Origin: Cupriavidus necator
GTDB taxonomy: Bacteria > Pseudomonadota > Gammaproteobacteria > Burkholderiales > Burkholderiaceae
Direction: 5' to 3'
Length of the DNA: 32,000 nucleotides
NCBI RefSeq assembly: GCF_016127575.1
Contig: NZ_CP066019.1
Span: 1,170,001-1,202,000 of the forward strand
Positions 27,464 through 32,000 of this stretch are shown piece after piece. Each line of letters starts with the position of its first letter. Positions within the stretch are counted from its first letter, which is position 1. Position numbers and translations under genes: made by a program. The notes beneath the pieces are model-generated. The model was not told the origin of the DNA, did not search any database, and saw nothing but the letters and a program-made list of their open reading frames with translations.

Positions 27464-28957
27464 TCAGGCAGGCGCCGCATTTCCCGCCTCGGGACCTGCT
27501 GGCCGCGTGATGACCTGCCCGTCGCGGGCCCCGCTGTGCGCGCCGTGCTGCCAGGTAATGGTGCCGTTGACGATCACGGTGTCGATGCCTTCGGCTGGCC
27601 GGGTGGGGGTTTCGTAACTGGCGGCATCGCGCACGTTGGCCGCATCGAAAACGACGATGTCGGCATGGTTGCCCACGGTAAGCGTGCCGCGCCGGTGCAG
27701 GCCGAAGTTGCGCGCCGTCAGTCCGGTCATTTTCCAGACCGCCGTCTCCAGCGGGAACAGGCCGACCTCGCGGCAGTAGTGCCCCAGTACGCGCGGGAAG
27801 GTGCCCCACAGGCGCGGATGCGGGCTGGCGCCGACGGGGATGCCGTCGGAGCCGATCATGGTTTCGTCGAAGGCAAGGATGCGCTGGACATCGTCCTCGT
27901 CCATCTGGAAGTAGATCGCGGTGCCCGGCTGCAGGCGGCGCGCGGCTTCGTCCTTGGGCACGCCCCATTCCCTGGCGATGTCGTCGAGATCGCGGCCCGC
28001 GCATTCGGGGTGCGGTTCGCTGGCGGCGATCAGCACCCGGCCGTCGAGCATGCCGCGGTCAGTGCGGATCATGGTGGAGCCGGCCGTGTACGGGTAGCAG
28101 TCGAGCGACACGCACTGGTGCTTCATGGCCTCGCGGATAAAGGGCAGGGTTACCTGGCTCTTGCCAAAATTGGCCTGCCTCTGCACCTTGTGGTGCGACA
28201 CCACCACCGGCACGTCGAGCTCTCGGCCGATGCGGAAGGTCTCGTCGAGCGAGGCCATGACGTGGTCGGACTCGTCGCGCATATGGGTGACGTAGAGCGC
28301 CTTGCGCACACTGAGCGGCCGGCAGACTTCGATGATCTCCTCGGTCGTCGCCATGGCGGCGGGCGGGTAGAAGGTGCCGGTCGACAGGCCGATCGCGCCG
28401 GCCTGCATGGCCTCCTCGACCAGCGCCTGCATGGCGGCGATCTCCTTGGCATCGGCTGGCCGGTCCAGCGCCGCCATGGTGACCGCGCGCAAGGTCGAAT
28501 GCCCGACCATGGCGGCTACATTGACCGAGCTCGGCATGGTACGCAGCGCGTCGAGGTAGGCGGCGAAGGTGGTGAAGCGGCCTTGCGCCGGTGTGTCGAT
28601 CAGGCTCAGCGGCATCGGCAGATCCATGTCGGCGCGCAGCGGCGCGGCGCTGATGCCGCAGTTGCCGGCGATCACGGTGGTGACGCCCTGCGAGACTTTG
28701 AACGGCATGGTGGGTTGCGACAGCACCGCCTGGTCATCATGCGTGTGCGCGTCGATGAAGCCTGGGGCGACGATCAGGTCCGTTGCATCCAGCACGCGGT
28801 CGGCCGTGTGCCCGGCGAGGTCGCCGATCGCAGCGATGCAGCCGTCGCGCACGCCGATATCGGCGCTGAAGCGGGGTGCCTTGCTGCCATCGATCACGGT
28901 GCCGCCGGCGATCAGCAGGTCATAGTGCGGGGCGTGTGCAGAGGTGGGGTCGGACAT
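27464..28957 (-). CDS. N-acyl-D-amino-acid deacylase (D-aminoacylase, amidohydrolase superfamily)
   Basis: YDLLIAGGTVIDGS.....ADIGVRDGCIAAIGDL and VIAPGFIDAHTHDD, the characteristic D-aminoacylase N-terminus. RBS aggaaagga lies upstream of cat 28955-28957. Confidence 0.9.
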   Translation of the reverse strand: MSDPTSAHAPHYDLLIAGGTVIDGSKAPRFSADIGVRDGCIAAIGDLAGHTADRVLDATDLIVAPGFIDAHTHDDQAVLSQPTMPFKVSQGVTTVIAGNCGISAAPLRADMDLPMPLSLIDTPAQGRFTTFAAYLDALRTMPSSVNVAAMVGHSTLRAVTMAALDRPADAKEIAAMQALVEEAMQAGAIGLSTGTFYPPAAMATTEEIIEVCRPLSVRKALYVTHMRDESDHVMASLDETFRIGRELDVPVVVSHHKVQRQANFGKSQVTLPFIREAMKHQCVSLDCYPYTAGSTMIRTDRGMLDGRVLIAASEPHPECAGRDLDDIAREWGVPKDEAARRLQPGTAIYFQMDEDDVQRILAFDETMIGSDGIPVGASPHPRLWGTFPRVLGHYCREVGLFPLETAVWKMTGLTARNFGLHRRGTLTVGNHADIVVFDAANVRDAASYETPTRPAEGIDTVIVNGTITWQHGAHSGARDGQVITRPAGPEAGNAAPA

Positions 28958-28988
28958 GGGATTCCTTTCCTGGACTGGAGCGTGGCGG

Positions 28989-29977
28989 TCAGCGGAAATG
29001 GCAGGCCACGTGGTGGATGCCGGTGGCGGAGGGACGTTCGGTCAGCAAGGGGGCCTGCTCCTTGCAGCGGGCTTGCGCATGCGGGCAGCGCGTGTGGAAG
29101 CGGCAGCCTGCCGGCGGATTGGCCGGGCTGGGCGGATCGCCCTGCAGCAGCAGGCGCCGCGCGGGCCTGCGCGGGTCGGGCACCGGCACGGCGGACAGCA
29201 GGATCTCGGTATAGGGGTGGCGCGGCGCCGAGAACAAGGTGTCGCGGTCGGCCAGTTCGACGATCTGGCCGAGGTACATCACGGCGACCCGGTGGCTGAT
29301 ATGGCGCACCACGGCCAGGTCGTGCGCGACGAACAGGTAGGCGATGCCGAACTCGGCCTGCAGGTCCATCAGCAGGTTGACCACCTGCGCCTGGACGGAA
29401 ACATCGAGCGCCGATACCGGCTCGTCGCAGACGATCAGCTTCGGGTTGAGTGCCAGCGCGCGCGCGATGCCCAGCCGCTGGCGCTGGCCGCCGGAGAACT
29501 CGTGCGGGAACTTGCGCACGGCTTCGGGCCGCAGGCCGACCTTGCTGAACAGCCATTGCACGCGCTCGTTGCGCTCGGCACGCGACTGCAGGCCGAAGTT
29601 GCGCAGCGGCTCGCCCACGATCTCGCCCGCCGTCAGCCGCGGGCTGAGCGAGGCATAGGGGTCCTGGAAGATGATCTGCAGGTCGCGCCGGCGCTGCCGC
29701 ATGGCGCTTGCCGGCAGGCCCAGCAGTTCCTCGCCGTCGAGCTGCACCGAGCCTGAAGTCGGCTCGATCAGGCGCAGCACCGACTTGGCAGTAGTGGTCT
29801 TGCCGCAGCCGGATTCGCCGACCAGCGATAGCGTCTCGCCGTGCTCCACGGTGAAGGACACGCCGTCCACAGCCTGGATCGGCGGGCTGCCCGGTGCCAG
29901 CCAGCGCCGCGGTGCGAGGTAGTGTTTCTTCAGGCGGTCGACCTTGAGCAGGGGCGCTGGCGTGGCGGAGATTGTGC

Positions 29978-29981
<4 letters not shown>
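28989..29981 (-). CDS. dppF: Dipeptide/oligopeptide ABC transporter ATP-binding protein (DppF/OppF-like)
   Basis: Walker [10 protein letters not shown], signature [15 protein letters not shown], Walker [13 protein letters not shown]. The C-terminal oligopeptide-ABC domain has [18 protein letters not shown]. The start ATG overlaps the upstream stop (ATGA at 29978-29981). Confidence 0.92.
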
Positions 29982-31033
<1,052 letters not shown>

Positions 31034-31049
31034 GGTTGCGCTCCCGGAT

Positions 31050-31838
31050 TCAGAGTTGCCGCGCCAGGCGCGGATCGAGCGCGTCGCGCAGGCCGTCGCC
31101 GAGCAGGTTGATGGCCAGCACCGTCGCGGCCAGCAGGATGCCCGGGTACAGGATGATGTGGAAGGCCACGGCCACGAAATTGCGCCCCTCGGCCATCATG
31201 TTGCCCCAGCTCGGCATCTGGGCCGGCACGCCGACGCCGAGGAACGACAGCGCGGCTTCCGTGAGCACGGCGGTGGCGGCCACGAAAGTGGCCTGCACGA
31301 TCAGCGGCGCCACCATATTGGGCACCACGTGGCGCATCAGGATCACCGGCAGGCGGGTGCCGACCGCATGCGCCGCCTCGACGTAGAGCTGCTCGCGCAG
31401 GGTCAGCGCCAGCGAGCGCACCAGCCGCACCACGCGGGGGACCTCGGGTATGGCGATGGCGATGATCACCGCGCCCAGGCTGGCCTGCGTAACGGCCATC
31501 AGCGCGATCGCCAGCAGGATGCCCGGGATTGCCATCAGGCCGTCCATCACGCGCATCACCAGGGAGTCCGCCCGGCGCACGAAGCCTGCGACCAGGCCCA
31601 GCAGCACGCCGGACACGGTTGCCAGCAGCCCGACCGACAGGCCCACGATCATGGAGACGCGGCCGCCCCAGACCGCGCGGCTGAATACGTCGCGGCCGAG
31701 CGCGTCGGTGCCGAACCAGTGCTCGGCCGATGGCGGCTGCATGCGCGCCAGCGGGTCGATGTCCTGCGGGTCGACGGTGGCAATCCAGGGCGCGCCGAGG
31801 GAGAGCACGGCGATCACCGCCAGCAGCAGCGCGCCCAA
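31050..31838 (-). CDS. dppC: Dipeptide/oligopeptide ABC transporter permease (DppC/OppC-like). Only a TTG start is available, and an in-frame TAG lies 9 codons upstream
   Basis: BPD_transp_1 blocks: [19 protein letters not shown] and [21 protein letters not shown]. The track start at 31838 is TTG. The same frame continues upstream (ARKHPTLI) to a TAG at 31863-31865, and beyond it to an ATG at 31941-31943 ([26 protein letters not shown]). Confidence 0.8.
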   Translation of the reverse strand: MGALLLAVIAVLSLGAPWIATVDPQDIDPLARMQPPSAEHWFGTDALGRDVFSRAVWGGRVSMIVGLSVGLLATVSGVLLGLVAGFVRRADSLVMRVMDGLMAIPGILLAIALMAVTQASLGAVIIAIAIPEVPRVVRLVRSLALTLREQLYVEAAHAVGTRLPVILMRHVVPNMVAPLIVQATFVAATAVLTEAALSFLGVGVPAQMPSWGNMMAEGRNFVAVAFHIILYPGILLAATVLAINLLGDGLRDALDPRLARQL

Positions 31839-31970
31839 GATCAGCGTGGGGTGCTTGCGCGCCTAGTGCCAGCGCGGCAGCACGAAAGGCGCATGGTCGG
31901 GTGCCGGTACGGCAGGTTCGGTCGCGGGCAGGGAAGTGGTCATGTCAGCAGTGTCTCGCGGCGAAAGCCA

Positions 31971-32000
31971 TCAGTACTTGATGCGCGGATCGAACAGCCG
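31971..32000 (-). CDS. dppB: C-terminal 9 codons of a DppB/OppB-like permease (the rest lies outside the window)
   Basis: The reverse complement reads ...[12 protein letters not shown] (stop at 31971-31973). ...DPRI.. followed by an aromatic is a typical DppB/OppB C-terminus, and the operon context fits. Confidence 0.5.
   Translation of the reverse strand, partial: RLFDPRIKY

Noticed and set aside
31863-31865. The in-frame TAG in dppC as a recoded (pyrrolysine) codon.
   Set aside because: Pyrrolysine decoding needs pyl genes and is not known in Betaproteobacteria. A nonsense mutation, a sequencing error or TTG re-initiation are far more likely.

Overview
Very GC-rich window, about two-thirds G+C by eye (not computed). 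It reads as ordinary Burkholderiaceae chromosomal DNA, probably Cupriavidus/Ralstonia-like. That origin is inferred from composition, GC3-biased codons and the CTCCCCTCTCCC...GGGAGAGGGAG hairpin repeats. I support about 30 protein genes: a 5'-truncated TonB-dependent receptor, an SRAP/YedK-like protein, an acyl-CoA synthetase, a BON-domain protein, a GlxA/AraC regulator divergent from carboxypeptidase G2, a PLD-family lipoprotein, an orphan Tat-signal NMT1-like binding protein, a 2OG-Fe(II) oxygenase and lipoprotein SodC. A complete LysR / LlpE-like hydrolase / MexE-MexF-OprN-type RND efflux locus follows. After it come SRPBCC, PEBP, a small secreted Gly-Pro repeat protein, DUF2127, an ExeM/NucH extracellular nuclease, an ABM-domain protein and a PssA-type phosphatidyltransferase. 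The right end carries a minus-strand dppB(C-terminus)-dppC-dppD-dppF-D-aminoacylase operon. I found no CRISPR array, integrase, transposase, tRNA/rRNA or recognisable defence system, and I cannot honestly name a new multi-gene system here. The items most worth a second look are: (1) the hydrolase-fold protein heading the efflux operon has Glu in place of the nucleophile Ser; (2) an in-frame TAG splits the dppC-like permease; (3) a small secreted GP-x-T-V-x-G repeat protein; (4) a perfect 18-bp palindrome between lysR and sodC; (5) a 543-bp non-coding region containing a 15-bp inverted-repeat pair; (6) a 194-nt repeat-containing spacer inside the efflux operon. Many long ORFs in the track are antisense or alternate-frame artefacts of the high GC content and were rejected.
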